In this document: piece after piece, positions 11,935-23,032 of the stretch | How positions within the stretch are numbered: position 1 is the first letter of the stretch | Layout: every line of letters starts with the position of its first letter | Assembly: GCA_951406725.2 (NCBI GenBank) | Contig: OX597821.1 | Coordinates: forward strand, 49,724,001 to 49,788,000 | Origin: Octopus vulgaris | Taxonomy: Eukaryota | DNA: 64,000 nucleotides | Reading direction: 5' to 3' | Translations under genes and position numbers: made by a program | The notes under the pieces: model-generated | Databases searched by the model: none | The model's input: the letters and a program-made list of their open reading frames with translations, nothing else | What the model was told of the DNA's origin: nothing

Positions 11935-12720
11935 GGAGATTGTTGTCCTAGCTAGGGATAGATGAGTGGTTGATGAGAGCTGTACAAGCCCTGTACAAGG
12001 ATGCCGGCAGTAAGGTGAAGGTTAGCAATGAGTATAGTGATGAATTTAGGGTACAAGTAGGGTTTTACCAAGGATCAGTCCTCAGCTCCCTTTTGTTCAT
12101 CATAGTTCTCCTGGCAATAACAGAGGAATTTAAGACAAACTGCTCCTGAGATCTCATCTATGCTGATGATATTGTTCTTATAGTTGAATCACTACCAGAA
12201 CTAGAGAAGAAATTTCAAACTTGGAAGCAAGGTCTAAAATTGAAGGGCCTTAGAGTTAATCTAGTAAAACCAAAGTTTTAGTAAATAGGAGAGCAGACAA
12301 ATCACAGATCCCTTCAGGTAGATGGCCCTGCTCAATCTGTAGAAAAGGCATAGATAGAAACTCCATAAGATGTATGTAATGTAAGCTATGAACACATAAG
12401 AGATGCAGCAATATCAGAAGAAGGTTAATAGAGAAATTAGTTTTTGTGTGTGGATAGTGCACAGGTACAATTAACAGTAAAAATGTAAAGAAAATAGACT
12501 TCATCAAATGCCAGTGAGGAAAACTCGAAGTAGTTGATAGCTTCAGTTACCTTGATGAGCAAGTCAGTAGTGGGGGTGGATACTCCAAGAACATAGCTGC
12601 AAGAAAGAAGATAAGGCTTGGTAAACTTCAGAGAGCTCCTACTTCTGTTAGTAACAAAGAGCCTCTCTCACAGAGTGAAAGGCAGACTGTGTGTGAACAA
12701 CCATGCTACACAGCAATGAA
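11935..12720 (+). mobile_element. RTE-clade LINE reverse transcriptase fragment, degenerate
   Basis: LGIDEWL.RAVQALY..; QVG..QGSVLS.LLFIIV; LIYADDIVL; KGLRVNL; Cys-rich insert; VVDSF.YL. Confidence 0.85.
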
Positions 12721-12840
12721 ACAGGAACTGGATTTTGTAGATCAGCAGAATATTCTCTTTATTTCCAAAAGAAGCTCTCCTTTATAGAGAGAAGAACCCC
12801 AGCTAAGTTCTTAATGTCAGGTGTGGATGAGGGCTTTTTG

Positions 12841-14720
12841 TTCGGATTCGGGTTCGGATTCGGTTCGGATATGGGTTAGGATTCGGGTTCGGGTTTGGGT
12901 TCGGGTTCGGGTTTAGGTTCGGCTTCGGCTATGGGTTCGGCTTCGGCGGGTTCAGGTTCGGGTTCGGGTTCAGCTTCTTCAGCTTCAGCTTCGGGTTCGG
13001 GTGTGGGTTCGGGTTCGGGTTCGGGTTCGGGTGCGGGTTCGGGTTCGGCTTCGGCTTCGGCTTCGGCCTCGGCTTCGGCTTCGGGTTCAGCTTCGGCTTC
13101 GGGTTCGGCTTCTTCGGGTTCGGGTTCGGGTTCGGGTTCGGGTTCGGGTTCGGGCTCGGCTTCGGGTTCGGGTTCGGGTTCGGGTTCGGGTTCAGGTTTG
13201 GGTTCGGGTTTGGCTTCGGCTTCGGGTTCAGGTTCGATCTCATTTGTTGAACCGCTACGTCATTTTTATCGATCTGTTTAGTAAACCGCTACGTCATTTT
13301 ATCGATCTCGTTTGACGAACTGCTACGTAATTTTATCGATCTTGTTTGGGTTCGGGTTTGGGTCTGGATTTGGGTTCGGATTTGGGTTCGGGTTCGGCTT
13401 TGGCTACGGGATCAGGTTCGGGTTCAGCTTAGGCTTCGGCTTCTTCGGGTTCGGGTTCGGGTTAGGCTTCGGCTTCGGGTTCGGGTTCGGGTTCGGGTTC
13501 GGCTACGGCTTCGGGTTCGGGTTCGGCTTCGACTTCGGGTTCAGCTTCGGGCTTCGGCTTCTTCGGCTTCAGCTTCGGCTTCTTCGGGTTTGGGTTCGGC
13601 TTCGGCTTCTTCGGGTTTGGGTTCGGCTTCGGCTTTGGCTTCAGGTTTGGGCTCGGGTTCGGCTTCGAGTACAGGTTCGGGTTCGGGTTCGGCTTCGGCT
13701 TCGGGTTCAGGTTCGGGTTCGAGTTCGAGTTCGGGTTCTTCGGGTCCAGGTTCGGGTTCAGGTTCGGGTTCGGCCTCGGCTTTGGCTTCGGGTTCAGCTT
13801 CGGCTTCGGGTTCGGCTTTGGCTTCGGCTTCTTCGGCTTTGGCTTCTTCGGATTCGGCTTCGGCTTCTTCGGCTTCTTCAGGTTCGGGTTCGCGCTCGGG
13901 TTCGGCTTAGAGTACAGGTTCGGGTTCGGGTTCGGGTTCGGGTTTGCTTCGGGTTCGGGTTCGGGTTCGGCTTCGGCTTCGGGTTCGGGTTCGGCTTCGG
14001 CTTCTTTGGCTTTGGCTTCGGCTTCTTCGGCCTCAGCTTCGGCTTCTTCGGCTTCTTCGGCTTCGGCTTCTTCGGGTTTGGGTTCGGCTTCAGATTCTTC
14101 GGGTTCAAGTTCAGGATCGGGTTCGGGTTCAGGTTCGGGTTTGGGTTCGGGTTCGGCTTCAGCGAGTTCGGGTTCGGGTTCAACTTCGGATTTGGGTTCG
14201 GTGGGTTCGGGTTTGGCTTTGGCTTCAGATTCTTCGGCTTTGGCTTCGGGTTCGGGTTCGGGTTCGGGTTCAGGTTCTGGTTCGGGTTCAGGTTTGGGTT
14301 CGGCCTCGGCTTCGGCTTTGGCTTCGGGTTCAGCTTCGGGCTTCGGCTTCGGTTTCTTCGGGTTTGGGTTCGGGTTCAGGCTCGAGTTCGGGTTCGGGTT
14401 CGGGTGTGGGTTCGGGTTCGGATTTGGGTTTGGATTCGGCTTCGGCTTCAGCTTCGGGTTCAGCTTAGGCTTCGGGTTCGGGTTCAGGTTCGGGTTCGGC
14501 TTTGGCCTCGGCTTCGGCTTTGAGTTCAGCTTCGGCTTTGGCTTCGGCTTCTTCGGGTTCGGATTCGGGTTCGGGTTCGTGCTCGGCTTCGAGTACGGGT
14601 TCGGGTTCGGCTTCGGCTTCAGGTTCGGCTTCGGCTTCAGCTTCGCATTCGGCTTCAGCTTCGGTTTGGGTTCGGTTTCGACTTCAGCTTCGTGTTCGGC
14701 TTCGGTTTTGGGTTCGGTTT
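12841..14720 (+). repeat. Telomere-like hexamer array (TTCGGG/TTCGGC)n, about 1.9 kb
   Basis: Directly visible, with variants TTTGGG, TTCAGG, TTCAGC and TTC; interrupted at 13234-13347. Confidence 0.95.
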
Positions 14721-14721
14721 G

Positions 14722-15330
14722 CCAGACCTGTTAGGACTGATCACCAGTGTCTGTCACCAACTGACAGATGTACCACGATGGTTTTCCAGACCTGTTAGGA
14801 CATATCACCAGTGTCTGTCACCAACTGACTGACGTACAAATGGGGATAGGCTTGATAACTCCAAATGGAATGTTCCAGTCGATACCTGCTTTCACTTCCT
14901 CTTGCCAAAGAACCAGGACTGGTATGAGCATATGGTGGGTGACTGGTTTAGCATTTGGATTCTCCATTAAGCGAATCGGTGGGCCAGACATCTTAGTGGG
15001 GTTTGCTAATGTTCACAGACATTGAATACGCTTCAGTATTGTAGCAGCCACTTCTTCAGGCAAACACGTTTTTCCTCAGTGGCTGGGAATGGTAGTGTAG
15101 TTGGAGGAGGGGTTTGTATTTGTTCTAGGTGGCAGGTGCATACATTATGTGTCATTGTTGCAGATGATCGATGAGGCTTGTCAATACCCTTCCTGGAGTG
15201 TTTACAGGCCAACTCGTGGGTGTAGGATAGGGTACATTGGTCATGTTGACTTGCTTTTTGTCATAAATAAGTCTGACAACTGTTTGCTTTCACCAATACT
15301 TTACGCAGTTTGAAGCAATGACTAAAGGGT
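14722..15330 (-). mobile_element. Gypsy pol pseudogene fragment (protease-RT linker and start of RT)
   Basis: Minus translation TTLPFPATEE..LKKWLLQY..FNVCEH..MSGPPIRLM..PNAKPV.HH..IPV..WQEEVKAG...GVIKPIP...SW...VICP.RSGKP, with stops and frameshifts. Confidence 0.75.
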
Positions 15331-15699
15331 ATTCAGTATACCTGAAATGTGAAGGAAAAGATGATGGATAATAAAATGAATAATATATGGCGAATTGAAT
15401 GTAATGTAATAAATGATAATATATGTGTGCTTAGTTGTAATCCTGTAATCAGCCTAGAGGTGTTCCTAGGGTCTGCCTGTTTTAAATTTCTCTGTTATTG
15501 CCTGAATGAATATGATATCAACAAAAGTCAAGTACAGAGGCTTATACTTGGTTAGGTACTTCTCCTGCGGGTTTCTTACCAGAAATATAGCATGACTATG
15601 TTTCTTCCTGATACAAAACCAAATTGCATCTCATCTAGATTAAGTCTTTTCCTAATTAGTTGGGCTATGATCCTCTCCGTGATTTTCATCATCTGAAGA

Positions 15700-16617
15700 A
15701 ATTAGTGCCAGTGCAATCACTGTATTTCATCTGACCACAAAATCTTTTGCCACATGGTCATGGAATCGTGAATGTGACTTTTGGCAAAGTTTAGCCAAGC
15801 TTGCTTGTGTATAGGCTTCAGAAGGGGCTTTATTCTAGCTACCCTCCCTTGCAGGCCAGACCGGTGCAATACATTGGAAATTGTAGAAGCATGGACATCT
15901 GTCCTAGTACTGGGAACTGAAGCTTTCAAGTCTTCCAGTGTTGCACTAGGGTTGGAGGTTTCCTCCTTGACCATTTTTGACTTTGCTCTTGCGGTAAGTT
16001 TGCTCAGTCTTCCAGATCTTGGTAGGGTAGCAGTGGTTTTGTGCAATAACCACTTCTTAATTACAGTTTTAACAGTGCTTAGGGGCAATTCTAAAGTTTT
16101 TGCAATCTTTTATAGCCATTATTTTCTTTGTAGTTTTGAAAAAATAAGGTTTTTATGTTCCTGAGACAGAGGCTTGCCCATTTTCTGTCCCAAGTTGGAC
16201 AACTTGTGTTTACAGTCAGAGTCCAAAGACCAACATACCAAAAAACCATATGGTGAATGATTTTGTAGGCAGTTAAATCACTTTATATAGCAAAATAATA
16301 GACTGGCCAAGTTTGTTATGGTAGAAAGCACATGTCGCTTTTGATTGTTTTGGATTGTATACATCAATGACAAACTACCTGATAACATGGTATAATATCT
16401 TGGGGACTGTAGACTTTTGCAAAGACAATTTTCTAAGTTATATGATTTTAAGAATCAGTGTGAAATTTAAAAAATGTAATTTTTATTTCAAAGGAAAGTG
16501 TGATGGATCTGCTTGTTATTTAACAATCATTGAAACTGAAAAAATGTGTTGTTCCCTGTTAAAATATACAAAATATATAAATTTTCAAAGGAGGGTGTAG
16601 ATTTTTGCAAGCCACTG
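15700..16617 (-). mobile_element. Tc1-like DNA transposon, 5' half (left TIR + frameshifted transposase)
   Basis: TA|CAGTGGCTTGCAAAAATCTACACCC end at 16617; ATG near 16181 (MGKPLSQE..) followed by a frameshift; GYKKIAKTL.LPLSTVK.VIKKW..PRSGR..KLT..WQKILWSDE. Confidence 0.85.
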
Positions 16618-17225
16618 TAACACGTAGCTATTCTCCTGTTAACCACAGGATATAGTGATTTCATGTTACACATATTCTTAAAGATATTACGTCTACATCA
16701 TGAAAAGGACTAGTGGTTACATGATAATATCCGTTGTCGCATAAGGATATTTCTGATATCTCCTGTTATTTATGTGTGACTCAAAAGTATTTTTCGATCT
16801 CGTTTGTTAGATTAAGAAGTAAAGAAATGGTAATTAAAGAAATAGGAAACAGAACTGTGTCTACTGTCTGTCAGTGCATTCAGTACCATAATGTTCGCGA
16901 ATTCGAGAATTCTCCTTCCACTAGCAGTTACAATTTTATTTGTTGATCACTTTTTGCCTTGATTTGTAGACATCACTGCCCATTGGAATGCCTGGCAACA
17001 GGCAGTTCCAGTGAAAAGTCTCATCCGAGAAGGTCCACTGCCCCGTCATCTCCGCAGCTGGATCTAGCAAGGAGTGGGCTTACTTTGAGTTAAGACCTTC
17101 AGACTAGAAACAAACCACTGGAGAGGGGTGTAACGGCGTAGTGTTTCAGTTTCTCAAATGCTGCAACGAGACTCTCAGAAAAGATCTCATATGGGCGTTC
17201 GGTGCGCTGGTAGTCAAATCTCTTG

Positions 17226-18190
17226 GAACTGCTATTTCTAGCAGATCCAGATTCAACTGCTCGTTCTAACAGATGCAAGAGATTTGATTGCTATTTCTAG
17301 CACACCCAAGAAATCTGACTGCTGTTTCTAGTAGACCAAGTTTGATTGGTATTTCTCGCAGATATACGAGATTTGACAGCTATTTCTAGCAGATAGAAGA
17401 GATTTTTTCTAGCAGACCAAAGGGATTTGACTCTGCTTCTAGCAGATCCAAATTTGACTGTTTGTTTAACAGATCCATGAGATTTCATTGCTATTTCTAG
17501 CAGATCCATGAGATTTGACTGCTATTTCTAGCACACCAAAGAGATCTAAATGCTATTTCTAGCAGACCCAAGAGATTTGACTGCTGTTCCTAGCGGATCC
17601 AGACTTGACTGTTCATTCTAGCAAATTCAAGAGATTTCACTGCTATTTATAGCATATCCAAGAAATTTGACTGGTATTTCTAGCAGACCCAAAGACTTTG
17701 CTGTTTCTAGCAGATCCAAAATTGACTGCTATTTCTAGCATATCCAAGGAATTTGACTGTTATTTCTAGCCGATCCATGAGATATGACTACTATTTCTAG
17801 CCGACCTAAAAGATTTGACTGCTATTTCTAGCACTCCCAAGAGATTTAACTGCTATTTCTAGCAGATCCAAGGGATTTCACTTTTGTTTCTAGCAGATCC
17901 AAATTTGACTGCTATTTATAGCAGACCCAACAGATTTGACTGCTATTTCTAGCGGATCCAGACTTGACTGTTTGTTCTAGCAGATTCAAAAGATTTGACT
18001 GCTATTTCTAGCAGATCCAGATTTGACTGCTATTTGTAGCTTATCAAAGGAATTTGATAGCTATTTCTAGCAGATCCAAAGAATTTGACTGCTGTTTCTA
18101 ACAGAGAGAGTAGAACGATTTCTTAGGGGTTTCAACTGCTGTTTCTAGCAGAGCATGTAGGACGATTTCTAGGAGAGTGGACTGCTAAAA
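17226..18190 (+). repeat. About 28-31-bp minisatellite (consensus GAGATTTGACTGCTATTTCTAGCAGATCCA), about 30 copies
   Basis: Directly visible tandem units; inverted partial copies at about 17209-17224 and 18200-18236. Confidence 0.9.
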
Positions 18191-18524
18191 AATGCAGTGA
18201 AATCTGGATATGCTAGAAACAGCAGTCAAATCTCTTATATGGAAATCTTCATGTGTATGTGTGAGTGTGTGTGAGTGTGCTAGTCCCCCACTCCCTACAT
18301 TCGCTTGACAACCGATGTCGGTGTGTTTATGTCGACGAAGCTGAGCATCTTGGCAAAAAGCGACCGATGGAATAAGTACTAGGCTTACAAGGAATAAGTC
18401 CTGGGATCGAATGTGCTACACAGTGGGACTGAATGCGGAACCTTGTGGTTAGGAAACTAGCTTCTCACCACACAGCTACGCCTGCGCCTATAGCCACGCC
18501 AAAAAATTATAGCCTTTTTTGATG

Positions 18525-18957
18525 TACTAGGAATAGCAGCCAAACTCCACCAAATCGCTCATTCTCATTATGCTAGAAACAGCAGATAATCTCTACCAAA
18601 TCGCTCATACTCATTATACTAGAAACAGCAACTAATCTTTGCCAAATCGCTCATTCTCATTATGCTAGAAACAGCAGCCACACTCCACCAAATCGCTCTT
18701 TCTCATTATGTTAAAAGCAACAGCCAAACTCCATCAAATCACTAACACTGATTATACTAGAAACAGCAGCCAAACTCCACCAAATCGCTCATACTCATTA
18801 TGCTAGAAACAGCAGCCACACTCCCCGAAATCGCTCTTACTCATTATGCTAGAAGCAACAGCCAAATTTCACCAAATCGCGTACACTCATTATGCTAGAA
18901 ACAGCAGTCAAATCTTCACCGACTGGCTCATACTCACCATGCTAGAAACAGCAGCCA
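18525..18957 (+). repeat. 46-bp minisatellite (TGCTAGAAACAGCAGCCAAACTCCACCAAATCGCTCATACTCATTA), about 9 copies
   Basis: Unit starts at 18571, 18617, 18663 and so on. Confidence 0.9.
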
Positions 18958-19325
18958 TGGAGTCACAACCAGAACAACAACGATCACCCCATCCCGGGAA
19001 AAACTTTTTCAGCACATATTCCAATGTAATGAGAAACAACGGAGGTAAAGGACATGGATCGCACCCATATTTCAGTTATTTTTTAATTTAAAAAATTTTT
19101 CCTACTGAAGCCCACCATTTTGTTTGCGGAGATTCCGAATCTGAAAACAACAAAAACAAAAAAAAAAAAACGGCATTTCAAAATTTTATCCCCCCACCCT
19201 CCAATTTTTCACTTTTTTAGAATTTTTTTTGGGGTGATATACATAGAAAATAGGGAGATTATGATTCTGAAAATAAAAAAAAATTCGTTAAATTTCAATT
19301 TTTTTGAAAAAAAAAAAGAATAAAT

Positions 19326-19970
19326 AGGAGTGGCTTTGTGTTAAGTAGCTTGCTTCTCAACCACATGATTCCGTGTTCAGTCCCAGTGTGTGTGGAACCT
19401 TGGCCAAGTGTCTTCTATTATAGCCTCGAGCCGACCAAAGCCTTGTGAGTGGATTTGGTAGACGGAAACTGAAAGAAGCCCGTCGTATCTATGTATATAT
19501 TTCTTTACTGCCCACAAGGGGTTAAACGTAGAGGGGACAAACAAGGACAGACACAAAGGATTTAAGTCGATTACATAGACCCCAGTGAGAAACTGGTACT
19601 TTATTTATCGACCCCGAAAGGATGAAAGGCAAAGTCGACCTCGGCGGAATTTCAACTCAGAACGTAACGACAGACGAAATACCGCTAAGTATTTCGCCCG
19701 GCGCGCTAACGTTTCTGCCAGCTCGCCACCTTGTATGTGTGTGTGTATGTGTGTGTGTGTGTACGTGCGTGCGTATGTTTGTGTCTGTGTTTGTCCCCCC
19801 AGCATCGCTTGACAACCGATGCTGGTGTGTTTACGTCTCCATAACATCAGCGGTTCGACAAAAGCGACCGATAGAATCAGTACTAGGCTTACAAAGAATA
19901 AGTCCTGTGGTCGATTTGCTCGAGTAAAGGCGGTGCTCCAGCATGGCCGCAGTCAAATGAGTAAAAGAAT
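19326..19970 (+). mobile_element. SINE family A with nested family B SINE (19500-19730, minus) inside its internal microsatellite
   Basis: Head GGAGTGGCT..TAAGTAGCTTG..GGTTCAGTCCC; tail GGCGGTGCTCCAGCATGGCCGCAGTCAAATGA; inserted block matches family B. Confidence 0.85.
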
Positions 19971-20253
19971 AAACTCACCCTCCCTTCCTACTAAAACAGC
20001 TGACATAAAAAGCATCTAAACAGAAACCTCGACATGCTAAAAACAGCAGCTAAACAATAAATCGTATTTTCAAAATTTTAATTTCCGCTACCCCCTTTTT
20101 TTTCCTTTGCCAGAGGGGTGGAGAGAGGGAAAAATTAAAATTTTGCAAACGTGTTTTGGGGGTTTCCAAAATCTTCAGTTTATATGTACGCTCCAACCGG
20201 AAAGTTCGAAAAAGTGGGTTTCTGTAGAAAAAAAAAAAAAAATTAAAATTACA

Positions 20254-20307
20254 GGACCAAAGCCTTGTGAGTGGATTTGGTAGACGGAAACTGAAAGAAG
20301 CCTGTCG

Positions 20308-20338
<31 letters not shown>

Positions 20339-20541
20339 CTGTGTTTGTCCCCCTAGCATTGCTTGACAACCGATGCTGGTGTGTTTACGTCCCCGTCACT
20401 TAGCGGTTCGGCAAAAGAGACCGATAGAATAAGTACTGGGATTACAAAGAATAAGTCCCGGGGTCGAGTTGCTCGACTAAAGGCGGTGCTCCAGCATGGC
20501 CGCAGTCAAATGACTGAAACAAGTAAAAGAGTAAAAGAGTA
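20254..20541 (+). mobile_element. SINE family A, 5'-truncated
   Basis: Match to 31470-31873 from GACCAAAGCC to the (GTAAAAGA)n tail. Confidence 0.85.
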
Positions 20542-20705
20542 AAGGGGATGCGGTCCATGTCCTTGAACTACTCCTCCCGCCCCTGAGAATCTACATCATT
20601 TGAAGTGCACTTGTAGAAAATTTCATTAAAATATTAAAATTTTTCTGGAAGTTATGTGGAAACAAATTCGGGAGGTGGGGGTACGTACACATCTGTATGA
20701 ACACC

Positions 20706-20750
<45 letters not shown>

Positions 20751-21259
20751 GTGCAGGAGTGGAGGTATGTAAGTAGCTTGATTACCAACCACATGGTTCA
20801 GGTTTCAGTCCCACTGCGTGGCACCTTGGACAAGTGTTTTCTACTATAGTGAGAGAGACAGTAGATACAGCAAATATTGAATGTCAATTTCAATTTTGAA
20901 GGCATCTAAAACAATTCCAGTTAATTTCTTTATTAACCATGAGGTTGAGAAAAAGAGGGGACGATACGAGAATAGACAAAACAAACATTGGGGTTAGGGT
21001 ATCGAATGAGACGAAATCTATGAATAAACAAACAATGAAAATATATACAATTAAACGAGAATGAGTGATTTACAAAAAATGAAGCGGAGGACGCGGTCGA
21101 TCCCCCAAAACCACATACTCACACTGAAGACTTTGTTTTCCCCTTTTATATATTCTCGTTTAAACAGGTTCTGTAACTTGCAACATACTTGCTCTAGACT
21201 TCCATCTTTTACGAAACACACTTTGCGACAGGTATTTCTTCTCCAGCCTTATAAGCACT

Positions 21260-21545
21260 GAGAGGACAAGCAAGGACAGAGAAACGGATTAAGTCGATTA
21301 TATCGACCCCAGTGCATAACTGGTACTTATTTAATCGACCCCGAAACGATGAAAGGCAAAGTCAACCTCGGTGGAATTTGAACTCAGAATGTAGCGACAG
21401 ATGAAATACCCATTTCATCGACCGCAAAAGGATGAAAGGCAAAGTCGACCTCGGCGGAATTTGAACTCAGAGGGTAAAGATAAGAAGCGAAGTATCTTTT
21501 CTATTTTCGGCACAAGGCCCGAAATTTTTGGGGAGGTGGCCAATC
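21260..21545 (-). mobile_element. SINE family B with internal partial duplication
   Basis: GATGAAAGGCAAAGTC.ACCTCGG.GGAATTTGAACTCAGA occurs twice (about 21348 and 21431). Confidence 0.75.
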
Positions 21546-21638
21546 GATAACGGTTTAATATTTACAAAATATCTATCTATTTATCTATCTAGCTATCTAT
21601 TATCTATTTATCTATCCATCTAGCTAGCTGTCTATCCG

Positions 21639-21711
<73 letters not shown>

Positions 21712-22139
21712 TTTTTCTATCTGCTTGTGCGCCTCCCTGCATGTCTATCTGCCTACATGGACAGAAGAGAATGTGTTTAAACGTGTAGTTACATGCGTGT
21801 GTGTGTCATATATATATAATGACACACACACACACATATATATATAATATATAATCACATACACAAATGTATAGTAAGCGTATACACGTGTACATACATA
21901 CTCGCACATATTTACATATTCGTTCAATATAATTACCTTTGTATTTATCTATCTACTGTTTGTCAATGTATATATACTTCTAGATATGTTCATCCGCATG
22001 TATCAACGCATTGAATGTAGCATTTGCGTCTGTATGGATGTATATTTGTATATGTGGAAATGTATGTTTATGGATGTATATATATATATATATATAGGTA
22101 GGTACGTACATATATGTATATATATATGCATATGTTTTA

Positions 22140-22930
22140 TTTATTAATATATTATATGACGGAAAGCACGCATCCCTTTCTAAGTAAGATTGTTCTTGAT
22201 ATTAATTTTGATGCGCACTCTTAACCTTTCTGTCCCCCCCTTCTCAGCCTTCATTCTTTGATTTCCTTTTCTTCTACTTAACTGTCTCTCCCTCTCTCTC
22301 ATTCTTCATTCTTTCTGGTTTCCTCACAACCATTCCCCTTTCTTCTCTCCCTTTCTCTTATTCCTCCTCCTTCCTCCCGCCTTTTAACCCGCGATGAGAG
22401 CCTTGCCACCTTCTTCCTCGCCTGACCTTCTTGAGGTGTGGACGGCAATTTTCTTTGCTCCCTTCGCCGTTCACAGAAATAGCGTTCGTAATACTTTTTT
22501 TCGTTCGGCTTAACAGCCCTTCTTGTCTTGTTATTTTCTTTGTCCTGTCTTTTACTGCTTATATTTTGTACTGTCGTTACTGTCCTGTTTTTGTTACCAT
22601 TTCTACCCCTCTGCAAAAAGATCTCAAATTTTATTTGATTTGCTTTTCGCAGGAAGGAAAGTTTCTATCGAAGATACGTCTCGCCTTCATCTTCGAAACG
22701 TAGAGTAGATGAAACCATGGCGACTGAAGAAGGGGTTTTTTCCTTGTGTTATTTGTCCTGTACTCTATTTTTTTGTTGTTTAAGAAAAATGTCCAGTTCC
22801 TTGGGTTTGTGTCTATATTTTCGTTTCTCGTTGTGTTCGGCGTTTTTTTGGTGTCCTGTACTCATATATGCGTGTATATATACATGTAGAGGTAGGTACG
22901 TACATATATGTATATATATATGCATATGTT
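22140..22930 (+). mobile_element. Non-coding dispersed element (probably PLE-derived), same family as 38340-38800 (minus)
   Basis: Shared blocks GGCTTAACAGC, TTGTTACCA.TT, AATTTTATTT.ATTTGCTTT, GTAGATGAAAC..ACTGA.GAA.GG; bounded by (TA)n. Confidence 0.65.
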
Positions 22931-22937
22931 TTGTTTA

Positions 22938-23032
<95 letters not shown>

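Larger units (their letters stand above)
19040..20575. mobile_element. Old MITE-like element with degenerate long inverted termini, interrupted by SINEs
   Basis: Left GGAGGTAAAGGACATGGATCGCACCC...CCTACTGAAGCCCAC versus right GTGGGTTTCTGTAG...[SINE]...GGGATGCGGTCCATGTCCTTGAACTACTCC. Confidence 0.4.

Noticed and set aside
12895-14798. Long GS-, GF-, RV-, NPKP- and EP/EA-repeat ORFs
   Set aside because: All are translations of the hexamer array; frames shift, the EP frame has stops (GCC TAA), and there is no unique domain or splice support.
17226-18957. CRISPR-like appearance of ~30/46-bp repeats
   Set aside because: Eukaryotic context, no unique spacers (inter-core sequence is itself repeated), no cas genes.
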